Below are positions 1 through 13,288 of a DNA stretch of 64,000 nucleotides, one piece after another. Positions within the stretch are counted from its first letter, which is position 1; each line of letters starts with the position of its first letter. The notes below the pieces were generated by a model, which saw only the letters and a list, made by a program, of their open reading frames with translations, was not told the DNA's origin and searched no databases. The translations under genes and the position numbers were made by a program. The stretch lies in assembly GCA_964106915.2 (NCBI GenBank), contig OZ066924.1. One strand, 5' to 3'. This stretch comes from Podarcis gaigeae. Lineage: Eukaryota.

Positions 1-621
1 GTGGGCATGAGTTTTCCAGCTGCTCAAATAACTGAGAAGCTCAGCTGGCTTCAATCCTTCATCCCTTCTGCTGTGTCCTCAGATCATTTTTCGTGATGCT
101 CTTTGTTCTTTGCCCATATCAAAATCCCTGTGCTCAGAATGGAGTGCCATATTTAAGGCACCAGATAACCCCTTTTAGAAAGATATCCCCCATGTTTTTA
201 GGTGTTGTAAGCTGTTCTGGGGATTGAAGAAAAGAATATAAAGCAAAAATAGGCACAACACTGTGTTGACCATACATAGGGTGAGGGAGAATGTCCCCCC
301 CCCAAAAATAAAATCCATTCAAAAGGAATCTGAATCTTAGCTATTCCCATGAATCTCATATTTTTATAGCATTCTAAAAATCAAAATAACTGTTGTGTGC
401 AATCAAGAGATTCAAGATTCTACACAGTTGCAACAAATAAACGGTACTCTAGAATCTGCTTGCACCCTGGCAAAACCACCTAGTAGGGAACGCCTTTGAC
501 CATACATAGGGTGCTTTTCCCTCACACAAGAAACAATCAGATTCAACATATGTGGGAACAGGAAGCAGGGACTCAGGATAAATGTGAGCTTTTGATAGTC
601 TTATATTCAGCATGTTCCTAC

Positions 622-722
622 CTGAGTACCCAGGCAGGCAACCATCATATGAGTAAGGAGTTTAGCTGCAAACATTGAAGACCTGGTACAAAACAGGTGT
701 GAACAAATAGCCAAGATCAAAC
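622..722 (-). CDS. ADGRV1: ADGRV1 exon (~83), TM1-TM2 region
   Basis: 101 nt, AG/GT bounded; [34 protein letters not shown]. Confidence 0.93.
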
Positions 723-1343
723 CTGTTTGAACAAAACAAAAACATGGGTTATACTAAGATTGTTATTTGGCAATAGGCCAGATTATAAAGTAGCCACAGA
801 ACTATGAAATATGCAAGAACCTCAGTGTACCATATATTTAATTTAGACCATTTCATAAGACCCATTTCAAAGTTATTGCACCACTGCTTACAACTCCAGG
901 CCAGCCTTTCATCTCTCCTGCTTCTGAGATATTTTCACAGTGTTTACCTTTTCCTGGAGAGTCACACATACCTTATGGGAATTCTCAGTGCTAGAATGTA
1001 TTCATGTACAAACAATGACTGTTTCAATAAAGAACCTTTATGCAGCACACAAATGTAATAGGATAGGGTTGTCATACATCCTCTTTTCCCCCGGACACAT
1101 CCTCTTTTTCAGGGATAAATTTTCAGTCTCGGTGGATTTTTTGAATTTTGCAAACAGAGCCAAGAAGTATGCATATGAGTATCACTCTTTACTTTTTCCT
1201 ATCTCTATGGATGCACCTGCTGCTCTCTGTACAAAGACTTGCTTTGCAAGCAGAGCCAGGAAGCGTGCATGCAAGGATCACTCTTAACCTTTTCCTATCC
1301 CTAGGGTACACCCGCTTGGTGGATGTTGGGATTGGGCTCATCA

Positions 1344-1964
1344 TGTAAGGGCAGATTGAACAGCTGCAACCTAGACCTCTCGGAGCTATTAGCCATGCTG
1401 ATGCCCAGTAAACGGCCCATGAGCAGGCAAGAAAGACTCCCTGAGGGGGTCTCTGCTGGCATCTCCCTTAGCAGGTCTCTCTTTCTCTCTGTCTCCCCTT
1501 CCATCCTTCCTCGCTTTAGGGTCTCCCATATACTCCTCTGCGTGCCTCAATGCCAGGAAACCCACCCCAAACCAGTGTATTATCCATTGATCGGATAACT
1601 CTATTCTGCAATATTAGAAAGACCTAAGAAAAGAAAGAGAGCTTGCTGGTAAAGAGTGTTCAGTGGTCTGTGTTTGCCTGAGCCTGAGTCTGGACTAAGG
1701 ATTCTGAGCTCCTGTGTTCTGATTCGATACATGATGTACAATCACAGAACATTTCAGGATTTGGGCCTCTGCCATTGGCCCTTGAACTCTGAGTCATGAT
1801 TTGCAGCTTAGAAGAGTAGACAGCCAATCACGTGGGGAGTGGGAGTGGCCCAGGCTTCCAGGAATGTATATAAGCAGTTGCTTTGCTCCTGTTTCCTAGT
1901 TATGTAGTTCAATAAAGGTTCTTGCTGTTATCACTGTGTCTTGCCTCATGGGAACCTACCTACA
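1344..1964 (+). mobile_element. Probable solo LTR
   Basis: TGTAAGG...CCTACA termini; 5-bp flanks catca/cttca; CCAAT (1824), CACGTG, TATATAA (1867) and AATAAA (1911) in LTR order. Confidence 0.65.
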
Positions 1965-2339
1965 CTTCAAAGAGCATCCCTCCGAGCTCTCGCAGTTCTA
2001 ATTAAACGTTATTTGTCTAAGACCAATGAGCTATTGGTTAGCTAGTGCGGAGATTAACTAAATAACATTGGGTACCTCTAAACACAATTCTTGAATGTAA
2101 GTTAAAATACACAGCTCTCATGTAAGGTCAGGGAAAGGCTTCCTTCCCCTTGTGTGTGTGTTCTGATTTATACATCTTGAAATCTTAGCAGACTGAAGAA
2201 CCTAGCAAAGGAAGTTCTGGGGGTTGGGGTGGGGGAAATGGCTGGAACACTTAGCACCCCATTTCTCCCCTAAAAGCTTTGCTCCTTTCGTTTGATCACC
2301 ACACTGCTTGAATCTTCATATTGTATTTTGTTTTTGTAA

Positions 2340-2480
2340 CCTTTAAAAGACACCTGAAGGCAGCCCTATATAGAGAAGTTTTTAAATGTTTAATTATGTT
2401 TTTATATATGTTGGAAGCCGCCTAGAGTGGCTAGGGCAACCGATTCAGATGGGTGGGGTACAAATAATTAAATTATTATT
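2340..2480 (+). mobile_element. LINE (L2-type) 3' end fragment
   Basis: ...gttggaagccgcctagagtggctagggcaaccgattcagatgggtgggg followed by an (ATT)-type tail; recognised from memory as a squamate LINE tail. Confidence 0.55.
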
Positions 2481-3668
2481 GCTGCTGCTGCTGTTGTGGA
2501 ATAGGATGTCCCTATTTTCATCTGAGAAATGTTGAAGGGTATATGGTGTGTGAGTCCGCGGTGATGGAAGGTGATGGTCTCCATGTCCTCTTTTTCACTC
2601 TTCACAACATGGCAACCCTATTTAAACAAGACAAACTGCTGGGCTGGATAAGATTTGGTGTCTAGAAGTGTTTGAATTTCAGCCAATGGATTTTACTCTG
2701 CATATTCATTTTGGGCCTGCTACATTTGTAGGGTTACACTTATAAATATTAGGCTGGTAACTAAAATATAAGGTCTTGGATCCAGAGTTGTGAATTGGAT
2801 GCTCCCGCAGGCAGGAGGGGGAGGGAAAAGCCATTTCTGCCCATTCCTCTTCCACCCTGCAGCCTCCTGTGCTCCCAAAATCTGCTCTGGGTAATCAGAA
2901 CTGGAGAGGAGAGCTGCAGGGGGAGGAGGAATAAATGAAAATTGCGAGCATCTCTGCTGGACCTGGCTCTTTTCTGCAAAGAAAAGCATCGCTACTGCCC
3001 ACTGAACAGCAGGACAGAATACAACCTATTGAGTGAAGAAGTCTAGAAGTCAAAAGATAAAGCTTTGGCCTACTGGGCACCACTGTAGAATCATTTCACC
3101 AAAGTGTGATTCCTTTTGATTTTACTCAACCAGTACGATTCTATGCATGTCTACTCAAAAGTAAGCCTACTCCCTTTCTAAAGAGTATATAGGATTGTAG
3201 CCTAAAGGTTGCTAGTTCCTGTTAACTAGAAGACTCTGAGATTTATTTTTACCCTTTGGTTCAAAGTTCAAGAGAGCAGGAACGCTGGGATTTTTATATT
3301 TGGGCATGTCCCCCTTTAGAGTTTGATTATGGGTTATAGCTTATTTTGTCTTGGATCCAAAAGAATCACATAACTAGTTTCATGTGCCCGAGAGAGGTTT
3401 GGACTTGTATGACTTAGTCTTCCATGCTGCACCAACAAATCTCTTTTAAAACCTGAGGGGAGTTCCAAAAGCCATTTGTGATAAGGCATTGAGGTCTGGG
3501 ATTCCGGGGGCGGGGCGGGGGAGGAGAATCAAAAATTCTTTGGATCATGGCCTATGTGCTTTCTGCTATTCAAGTCCATTCCAGAAACAATATTTTTCAT
3601 GCATTATTTGCTTTTAAAAAATCAGCACACAATTCATAAACGTAAAAATAATAATGTTATCAACTGAC

Positions 3669-3829
3669 CAGAAATGCAGATAAAACCAGATGAAAAGAAA
3701 GCTTCGTTGTAAGAAGACAAGCTGTCTGTTTGTGCATAAGCTGCGTAAATAGACATGTGCGAACAGGAGCATTCCACATAATCTGAGGAATCATCTATCA
3801 CTTTGCAGAACTGACTGTCAGACAACCAG
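3669..3829 (-). CDS. ADGRV1: ADGRV1 exon (~82), GPS autoproteolysis motif and start of TM1
   Basis: 161 nt; [53 protein letters not shown]. Confidence 0.96.
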
Positions 3830-4934
3830 CTACAGAGGAAACAAAGGTCAACGATGTTAATTCATTAGTCTTTAGTCTGGAAATCAATAATCATAATACA
3901 AACACGAGCAAAACGTGGAATATTTTGAGTTGTGGGCTCCATCACAAGGATAACATATTCTTCCAACTCCTCTCAAGTAAGAGTTAATGCACCTATTACA
4001 TGTGCCAAGGGGAAATACGTTCTGTGGTAATGAGTGACTGAGAATGCGAGATATCAATGAAAAAATTGTTGGAGGCAGTAGGCCTTTGAAGGCCAGTTGC
4101 TGGGAATCACAAGCAGTCAGGTCCTGCCTTCCGGCTTCCTGTTGCAGGCACAGTGAGAACAGAATGCTATATTAGATGACCTGATCCGGTAAGCTCTTCA
4201 TTTATTCTTAAAAGAAAGGATAGAATTTGAACAGGTTAATGTCTAACCTCACAGGGCAGGAGAGGGGCGGGCGGGTTAGATTCTGGTGGCAGATTCTTGG
4301 ATTTGATAATTTTGGAGAACTTGTCAGGCAAGAAAAAGTTTAAAAATGTAGCTGATATGAGGCCTGACAAATTAACTCAAGCAGATGAAGTAAATATGTG
4401 TTGATATGCCAAAGAGACTGCAAGCTCTGGTGTGCTATCACTGATCCCATGCCAAGCATAAGCAGGTCCAGGCTGAGGCCTGGCATAATGATCCATGTGG
4501 CATAAAAGTCTAGAGAAGTCCTCCCCAGGGATACTCTCTTACCCCATGGAATAGGGCAGGTTTCATTGTTAATTTAATGGCAATTATTATTGTGCTTCTC
4601 TCTCACTGCAGCAGTGCCAAATTAGCCCTTACTTGGCACCCCAACACAGATCAGTGATGCTTTCTACAAACGTTTGCAGACCAGGTTTGTTCCCAGAGCA
4701 TTGAAAAGATTCTGGTCCAGAATCAATCTAAATCTGAATAGTAATTTTGACTATTTAAAAGTATTAGCCCCAACTCAAAGCCAGTGAATATGTTTCTTTT
4801 TTAATGAAGAATTTGCTTTTAAATAGACCATTTCATTTTTATGCTTCCCTGAGATATAAATGAGTATATATCATTTTTAGGTTGCCTTTCCCAGCAGAAG
4901 TCTTCTCAGTGCAGTCAAGAATGAGAAAATATAC

Positions 4935-5074
4935 CTTTCAGCAGCCTGATTCCAAAGGAGACATAAAGACTTGTGTGGAACAATTCTGCTGTCTGTAGAA
5001 TAAATCCGATAGGTGACCTCATTGTTATCTTTCAGTAGAAGAGGACTCTGACTCTTCAAACTCATTGAAAAAAT
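4935..5074 (-). CDS. ADGRV1: ADGRV1 exon (~81), GAIN domain
   Basis: 140 nt; IFSMSLKSQSPLLLKDNNEVTYRIY...CLLWNQAAE. Confidence 0.94.
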
Positions 5075-6132
5075 CTAAAATGGGCAAAGTGGAGATTTAT
5101 TTTTACTCACAGAATCCTCATTTGTACACTAAATATGCAAAGCCAGACCTCTAGTCATTTTATCCTAGGCAGCAGTTTTGTCAAGATCTTAGACTTAGGG
5201 TAAGGTCTTTCCCATCTAAACCACCTCAGACACTTTACCTGAAGCTGCTGGGCACCATACCTGGGACCTCATAATGCATATATATATGCTCAGCTACTGA
5301 CATACTTGGTACTTCCTCTACTTTCTAAGGGAGAGAAGCCCAAACTCCACCTCAGTCGTATGACAGGAGAATATGAATATGCACTCCATGGTTACTAGGC
5401 TTAAACCGCAGAGCCAGTATCCATAATACCACCAGCTAAGTTCATCCTCAAACCATGTGTACATAAATAAAGCATATATAAATCAAACAGTTCAATTCCC
5501 TCCCCAAATATTTTTATTTTTTGTAGCATAAAAAATATTTATATAACATTTGCGATGGGTTTGTCACTTTACACAGGGTTGGCTACATTAAGACCTCTCC
5601 ACAAAGTTGTATGAGCTGTGGGAGGGGGGCATAAGTCTCACTGTTTGTAGATAAAGTCAAAGAATGGGCACCATAAAGCACAGAACCAGTCTTTTTTGTG
5701 TTGCCCCTTGCAAACTTGGTATGGTGGGGCTACCTGCCAAACTCTATCTAGCCACGTGTCATGTGAAGGCCAAACATACAGGTCAATTATTGTTTAGATA
5801 CAATTACATTAAAAAAAAAACCCTGCTCTAAAATAAGGCTATGCTATACAAATATATCACTAAAGACAAAAAGGAACAACCATAGTCTCTGTGTGTATTC
5901 TGCTCCAGATTAATATGGTTGCTCTTCCAAATGGTAACTATATTAAGCACTTTAAAAAACCCCTGAACACATGTCTAAATTTAAAAGCAGGGAGCAACTA
6001 ATCTTATAGCAGCAGCAAAACTAAGAGCGTGTGGACCTGATCAATGCTTGGGCGGGAGATTCCTGGCAGCTCCATATAAGCAGCTTTAAATTTTTTGGAT
6101 TAGAAACAATTAAATAAAAATAAAAATCATAC

Positions 6133-6370
6133 CTTATTTTTTAGGGCAGTTCCTTTGTCACCCATTATAAACCATTGCTGGCTACTATACTCAGTGACTT
6201 GAATGAACCTACAATTTTCATTTTCAGAATGAGAAACTTCCAACAAATGTTCAGGAATTCTAATGAAGTCGCCATCTTTTCCATCAAATCTGTGTCCATT
6301 GATTTGCTGTGGATACCAGTGATGGGCCATTATGATAATGTAAGGGCAATGGTCAAGGATGGTTTTGCCT
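6133..6370 (-). CDS. ADGRV1: ADGRV1 exon (~80), GAIN domain
   Basis: 238 nt; GKTILDHCPYIIIMAHHWYPQQINGHRFDGKDGD...ALKNK. Confidence 0.94.
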
Positions 6371-6800
6371 CTGTTAAAACAGAAAAGGAGCAACACGCTC
6401 AAGAAATGGAAAAGCCATTTGCTACCTGTGAAAGAAACATGTGCTGGATAATGCTTGTCTTAATGCCTTTGTCATCCTATTATTGGCCTATTAACTGGAT
6501 CTTTCATATATTATTAATTACTAATATGTCTCCAAGCATTAATGCAGAAGTTTTGATAATACGACAGGAAAAGAGCTGATTTTGGCATATGATCAATTCA
6601 TCATATCAAACCATTTGAATAAAACAATCATGTGTTGTTTATTTCATAGAATGCCAGATTTTTTAAAGAGCTTACTCTGCTCACTTCACATATTAAGATC
6701 TCTGGTCCCACAGGGCTATTATGCATAGACAGAATTCCAAGTGGACATCAACATCCAGTTCAATTTCAGAAATATTCCTGGCTCATGTGGAAAGACTTAC

Positions 6801-6985
6801 CGTTCACCCTGTGATCCACACAATACTCCAATAGGAAGAGAAAAGGCAAATTTTTCAGTAACATCAGCAAGGAAGCTGTAGCCTCGAGTATCCTTGCGTT
6901 TTGGGTTAATAAGCGCACAGAGGATCTCATACAAGAGACTTCGGTTTTTATCAGTGAGTGCCTGTTTTTCCCCCTCAGATATTAT
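6801..6985 (-). CDS. ADGRV1: ADGRV1 exon (~79)
   Basis: 185 nt; IISEGEKQALTDKNRSLLYEILCALINPKRKDTRG...CGSQGER. Confidence 0.94.
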
Positions 6986-7533
6986 CTTAGGGAACAAAAA
7001 ATTGGTCAAAGAATAAAAATTATTCCATGTGTACAGGTAGCAATCACACTTTCCTTCCATACCCAAACTAGTTTATTAGAATTAAGATTTTCCAAGACAA
7101 AGCCAACTAATGCTCTTATCCTAAAGGCATTATTTGGTTGATTACAATGATTACAGTTAATTTTTTCCCCCTACATAAGGGTCATGACCTTAAGTTCCCT
7201 CAAGTGGCCAGTGAAAATTCCCTTACAGGCTTGAATACTGGCTCTATCACAGCATACAATATTGCCCATCCCAACTTACTATCTAAGTTGGGCATCTGAA
7301 CCAACGGCTTTCATATAAGAAGCAGGCTGGCAAATACTTTCCTAGTATGTTCTTGTTACAGAAGACTCATAGTCCGTTCTGTTTTTCAGAATCAAAGCAA
7401 CACTTCCCCCCCCCCACAGAGCCATGGCTGCTGTTTATCATTTTCATCAGCTTACATCCCCCAAGGAGTTGCTGCATCCATGCCTAAATCTAGGGCCCAT
7501 TCATCATTGCCAAAGGAACATCTGCATATGTAC

Positions 7534-7941
7534 CTTATCAATTATGTGCATCACTGCAGCAAGCTGCTCTTCTGTACTTTCTGTGACCACTTTGATGTTT
7601 AAATACTGGAGGACTCTGTTCAAAATTATGTCATCAAGTGGTTGGGACAACTGATCAGCCAGACCCCAGACTGCTTGAGAGTTTGAATCAGACACAATGG
7701 TGATGTTGGCAATACCATAGATGTCATCAACTCTGGCACCACCAGTAGGATTGAAAAGCACAGCCTGGAAACGTTTAGGAAACGGATTTAAGGATCCAGT
7801 ATCTGGAGTGAGTGTTATATCCAGAACAGCATCTCTCTGCCCAGATGCAAAGGACAGCGTTCCTTCAGATCTGGCAAAATCTTGCCCAGAAATGGCTGGT
7901 GATATCATTATGCGGCCAAGAGCTTCAGGTCTCATCAGCTC
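7534..7941 (-). CDS. ADGRV1: ADGRV1 exon (~78)
   Basis: 408 nt; ELMRPEALGRIMISPAISGQDF...AAVMHIIDK. Confidence 0.94.
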
Positions 7942-7943
7942 CT

Positions 7944-7944
<1 letters not shown>

Positions 7945-7983
<39 letters not shown>
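7945..7983. repeat. (TAAA)n microsatellite abutting the exon ~78 acceptor
   Basis: About 9.5 perfect units, directly seen. Confidence 0.95.
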
Positions 7984-9290
7984 GCAAGCAAGCTCTAGGT
8001 AAGGATTAAGCAATACTGTGCAAAGCCAGGCTTGCTTCAAATTATGAACATTTTAAAATGCATTTTTCATTTTTGTTATCTTGACTTCAAATAAAATTAA
8101 TCAGGACGATGCTGGGAAATGTGTTTGGCAAAGTATTTCTAACAAAGTGCTAGGTTTGAGGCTGGCTAGTCAATGATGTATCGTGTTAGGCTGGGTTGTA
8201 AAATACATCTTTCTGAACTGTGTGGTCTGCGTCAGGAGAAGGCAGGACCAGAACACATGTCAAATGGGAATTAGCAAGATTTGATTGATGAGCTTGGCAC
8301 AGAATTGTAGCATCGATACTCCACCAGAGTATGGGAGCAACTGTTGCCACTGCTCTTAACGATGATTAACAAAGTACATTTCCTGCTCAACTAAAAATTG
8401 TAACAGTTCAGCCATGCCGGATAAAGTCGGTTTAAACCAGTTCCAAACAGAACTGCCTATTCTTTCTTAAGTAAACCAGTGCAGTTACTTATGAGAACTG
8501 ACATGTTAGAGAACAAAGTCATTGCCTGTCAGTTACTGGCAGAAACAACTGTTTATTTGCCCCTTCCAGATGGCTCAGTGAGACCAGCAAGAATGAAGGA
8601 AGTGGGGAGTGATTTTTTTTTTAATAATAAAAAAACCACCTAAAACTATTTGCAAGAGGAGAATGGGGATAAGGATCTCAAGGCAAATTCCTTGTTCTTC
8701 CTGCCTCCTACTTGACTTCCTTTCCCTCATCTCCTTCATGCTTTGGCAATCTGCCATGCATGCTTGTTAAGACCATGGAGGTTGCAGAGTGTGTGATCTA
8801 AATGAGGCAAATGATCATCAACCTGCAATTTTCATAGTTTGATTCTTATGTATTAGTGTCATGACATTGTGAAAATGCTGTGAAATAGCATGCATACAGT
8901 TGTATAATATAGTATCTCCAGAAAACACACACAGCAACAAAGCAAGTGTGCAAAAATAACTCAAGGACACTTAATAAACAAAGCAGAACATTTGAAACTA
9001 TGTTGCACTGAATCAGACCATCATCCTATAGGTTGGTATCAAACTCATTCTCTGAGTGGTAAACCTGATGGTAGTCAAAATGCTCCCATTCAAAATCAGG
9101 AGAGTCGCTACAACTGAGCTCAGAGGGACACAGGTCACAATTTACTCTTGCAAGTGTCAGCATAGCATAGCTGATGAAGTATGAGATTTAGACTAGGGAG
9201 ACCTCGGCTCAAGCCCCAGCTTAGCAATGAAGGTCCTGGATGATGTGTAACAGTCGCTATCTCACCATCCAATAGTAAGGGAAAGAAACC

Positions 9291-9425
9291 CAGGGCTTTT
9301 TCCAGTTGGGACTAGCGGAACTCAATTCCAGCACCTCTCAGGTGGACACCATTGCCATTTATAAGAGAATGAGGGAGGTGTTCATGGTGAGTTCCAGCAC
9401 CTCTTTTTCTAGGAAAATAGCCCTG
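9291..9425. mobile_element. hAT-type MITE
   Basis: CAGGGCTTTTT...AAATAGCCCTG terminal inverted repeats; 8-bp TSD aagaaacc/aagaaatc. Confidence 0.75.
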
Positions 9426-9561
9426 AAGAAATCCATGCTGCAGCATGCTATTGCTGTAATTTGTATCATAAAAATTTTGCAAAAATCAAACACCTGCTAA
9501 CTTTTTTCTTTGCATTAGAGAAGAAATGAAGATAGTATATACATTTGTGCATTAGTCCTAC

Positions 9562-9804
9562 CTGAGTACTGTAGCCAACTGAGGTGGCAAGTGCTGTGCT
9601 AGAATCTCTAATCACCTGAAGACTAATTAAAGTGGTCTTCTTATGGGCCACAGCCAGACGAGACCCCACAGCAAAGTAGATCAGACCCCGAGGAGAGTCA
9701 CTTTCTGGGACTATTATGTAGGCAAATCTGGCACTGTTGTTCAGTTCTGCTCCTGCACCCACTTCGTAGAGCTCCACAAAGAAATAGGTTTCAAATTCAG
9801 GTTC
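9562..9804 (-). CDS. ADGRV1: ADGRV1 exon (~77)
   Basis: 243 nt; EPEFETYFFVELYEVGAGAELNNSARFA...VGYSTQ. Confidence 0.94.
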
Positions 9805-11256
9805 CTGAAAATCAAAAGGATACTCAGAACTCTGTAAATACTCATGCCAAAAGGAACATCATTAAATGTGCTTTTGAACCGTGTCTTGCTCTATTAGAGA
9901 ATACATTTGTATATCATGCATTTCAAATCAAGGGATCAGCTCCCCAAAGATTTCTGAGACAGGCTGGTCCTGAAAACAGTTTGCATGAATATGTCTGTCA
10001 TCTTATATACAGCAGCTCTTTGGAATCTGAGGTCACTGTTTCCAGGATCTCCTGTGCATCTCTCACCTAAGCCATTCATATCACACATTGGCAGGAGAGT
10101 CATTGCAGTTAGCATCCCAAGCCTGGGAAAGTAAACGAGCCCCTCCTTTGAAACAATCGTAACAAGCACTACTTTTATGTCCTTTCATCCTTGGCTTCAA
10201 AGTATGATTCTCTCCAAGGTTTAAATATGCACTTAAAAGAAAATGGCATGAAACATCCCCCAAACGCTGAAATTTTCAAAATGAAATGGATTTTAAGGCA
10301 CTTGTACATGAAAGTGCATGTAAAAATAAATAAATCCAATGACAAATATTTTCTACTACATATTGATATTTGAAAGCATTTCAGCTCCCTATAAATCTAT
10401 GAAAGCAAGGCTTTGGAGGATACATTTGATATGCAATCTTCATCCCGCCCCCAAATTGCAGTCAAATGATCTCAGATTTTTCAGCAAAAATGTTTCAAGT
10501 CCACAATTCCACTTTAAATCATGTGCTAAATAAGTAGCCTTTATTACTCCCAGAACAAATAGGCAGACTGTGGGCAGTAAGGCAGCAATACTCGGGGAGA
10601 AAGAAAGAAGGAGGACTTGCAAAGATCTTACTTTCTGGAACGTAGCTTGGATGTCTTTGAGTGTTAAATTCAAAGACTTCCACAGAGGATGAAAGATAAG
10701 GCTTTCAATGGCTACGACCCATGATGCCTGTGTTCTGCCTCCATGATTGGAGGCAATAATGCTTCTGAATACCAGTTGTGGGGACCACAAGAGGTGAGGG
10801 TGTTTCTGTGCTTGAATCCTGCTTGCAGATTTCCTATAAACATTTCTGTTTGGCCACAGTATGGACACCAATTTCAAAAAGTGAAGTATTCATTTTATTC
10901 TATAGGGTATGCATGCTAGCTAGCCAAGAGCTTGCCTTTGGGGCAAGCAACAGTCCAATGGCTAAAGCTCTAGAATTTCCCAAAGTTATTTGTGTTCATG
11001 TGTGGAATTTCATGGATGTCACTGCACAGAAAACATGACAAAGAAGACCCAGTATATAAGACCCTTTCCTAAGTGTGAGCTGATGGTGTTTCAGGGCCAG
11101 TAGCTCAGTATAGTCTGATGGTGCAGCAAGGAAGCACCTTCTCCCCTGCACCTCCCCTGGCTACACCCTATTTCTTTTTATGCCCTGAGGGGGGTAGTGA
11201 GGGGAGATAAACACGCCGTCTTTCTAAGCAGCCAATCTGAAATAACCAGTACTCAC

Positions 11257-11428
11257 ATTATCAGGCTTTATCTCAATAACAATTGTGCATTTTGTTTGAC
11301 CAGCCTTGCAAGTGGCGACCCCTAGGACAGCCAGCAGTTCATTTGCCAGATCTGTGCCATCCTTCTGCAGGACAACAGATGTTCTGTTAAAGGTCACGCG
11401 CCAGGAGATTTTCACATCTTCGAAAGCC
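11257..11428 (-). CDS. ADGRV1: ADGRV1 exon (~76)
   Basis: 172 nt; AFEDVKISWRVTFNRT...IEIKPDN. Confidence 0.93.
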
Positions 11429-12234
11429 CTATCAACAAAGCAAACCAGAATAAACGCAACAACAGAGGCAGACATTCGGAAAACCAAAGCCAGCCCACCC
11501 AGCCATCCACATTTTCTCCTGCATTCCAAATGTAACATTGCACAGCAAAATGTTTCAAAGAAAGTGAAAGACATTCTCTTCATGGCATTACTTCCTAAAG
11601 CTGGTCTGATACATCTTACAGGAGCCACTGGATTTAATTTGTACATGTTGCCTGCCCTTCTTCCTTAAGGTCCCAGGATGGGGTATAGCACAAAATCTAG
11701 CTGCTTTTGAGCTTGATGCTGTAACTTATCCTGGGACTTTAGGGTGAGTGAATGAATGAATGATAGCAATAATACCACCAGCACAATTGATTTGATTCCC
11801 ACTTAAAAATGGATGGCAGCAAGGCTACTTTTGAGCCTGAGATGAAGCAAAGCCAGAACCCACAACCTCCAACCCTAATCAGCTGACCATTGCACCTTAC
11901 TTAGTGAAGTAAGCCATAAATCACAAGTGTGTGCAAAAAGCAAGGAAATTAATTTCACATCTCAGCTATTATGTATATGAGTTAGGTTGGTAGAGTGTTT
12001 AATTCTCTCATTTCTGTTCAGTTCTGGTAGACCGACTGACTGACTTAAATCATATTCTAAATTTATGAGGCAAGTTTGCCAAATTGCAGTAAACTATTAG
12101 AGCATCTTGAGAGCCAAAGATTTATGATAAAAGTTCTATGAGAACCTCTTCTGCTCAGAGCAGTTTCTTTGATTTCAAAACCACACACATTACAGCATGT
12201 GGAGACAGCCCTTTTTACCAGCCGTGGCCTGCAC

Positions 12235-12352
12235 CTGTTTGGTTGCCGGGTAACAATGAGTTGCACCTCCCTCTTTTCGGAATCTTCATCAAGCACAAGG
12301 CCACTTTGCGCCTCTTCACTGAATCCCAGAATTCCATTCTGAAGATCATTTC
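12235..12352 (-). CDS. ADGRV1: ADGRV1 exon (~75)
   Basis: 118 nt; GNDLQNGILGFSEEAQSGLVLDEDSEKREVQLIVTRQPNR. Confidence 0.93.
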
Positions 12353-13288
12353 CTGGGTGAGAAATGGGTCATCCAGAATTATTGAGAAGCACATACTTGC
12401 CAATCAATGTTCCATTATTCAAGAATTCATGCAGAACCTGAAATATCTCTGTGAAACTGAATGAGAAGGTATTATAACATGAATTGTTATAATGTATTAT
12501 AACATGAATTGAGAAACTGAAATATTCCTGTTTTAAAGGAAATCCTGCCGCAGGAATTATTATTATTATTATTAATAATAATACTTATACCCTGCCCATC
12601 TCACTGAGTTAACCCATCCACTCTGTTGTGTGTACACATAGTCACACACTTTGGGGTTTAAGCTACATTAGAATCAAACATTTTTGATATTGTGATCCCA
12701 CTGACTATGCTTGTGAAAAGGTATTTGCCATTTGCCATTTGGCTGTACACAATACTATCATCAAAGTGCAAAACTTGTTTAAAAAAAAAGTTAATTGAAA
12801 CTTTGGACATTAAAAAAGAAAATCACCCACAGTTCTTCAGTGTTTTACAGGCATTTTGGGAAGTTTGACTTATTGCAAGATTCATGGGCCTAGGGTGGCA
12901 TTAAAATATAGAAAAACATAGAGATATAGTGTAGAGAAAAATAGAGAGTACAGCAAAACTGAGTGCCAGAGCAACACAAGGTTTTTAGAACCCTGATCTA
13001 ACACAGGCTGCTTTGTTGATATCACCTTTGAAATTTGAGATTAGTACAATGGCCCTGATTTGCCTTGTAATTTTGGTCCCAGCCCAGAAGGGCTGCTTAT
13101 CCCTACTGTATATCTCATCAGCATGTTCCTTTTTTAAAAAAAATACTACAGTTTTTCTCTAAGCACTTTGCATAAAACCAACAAAAATACAACATTCAGC
13201 AAAACTTCTTAAAATCTAGGTAAGCATAAAGTAATAACCACCTTAACAGTGTTTAATTTATTTATTGATTCTACTAAAAAGCTCCTAC

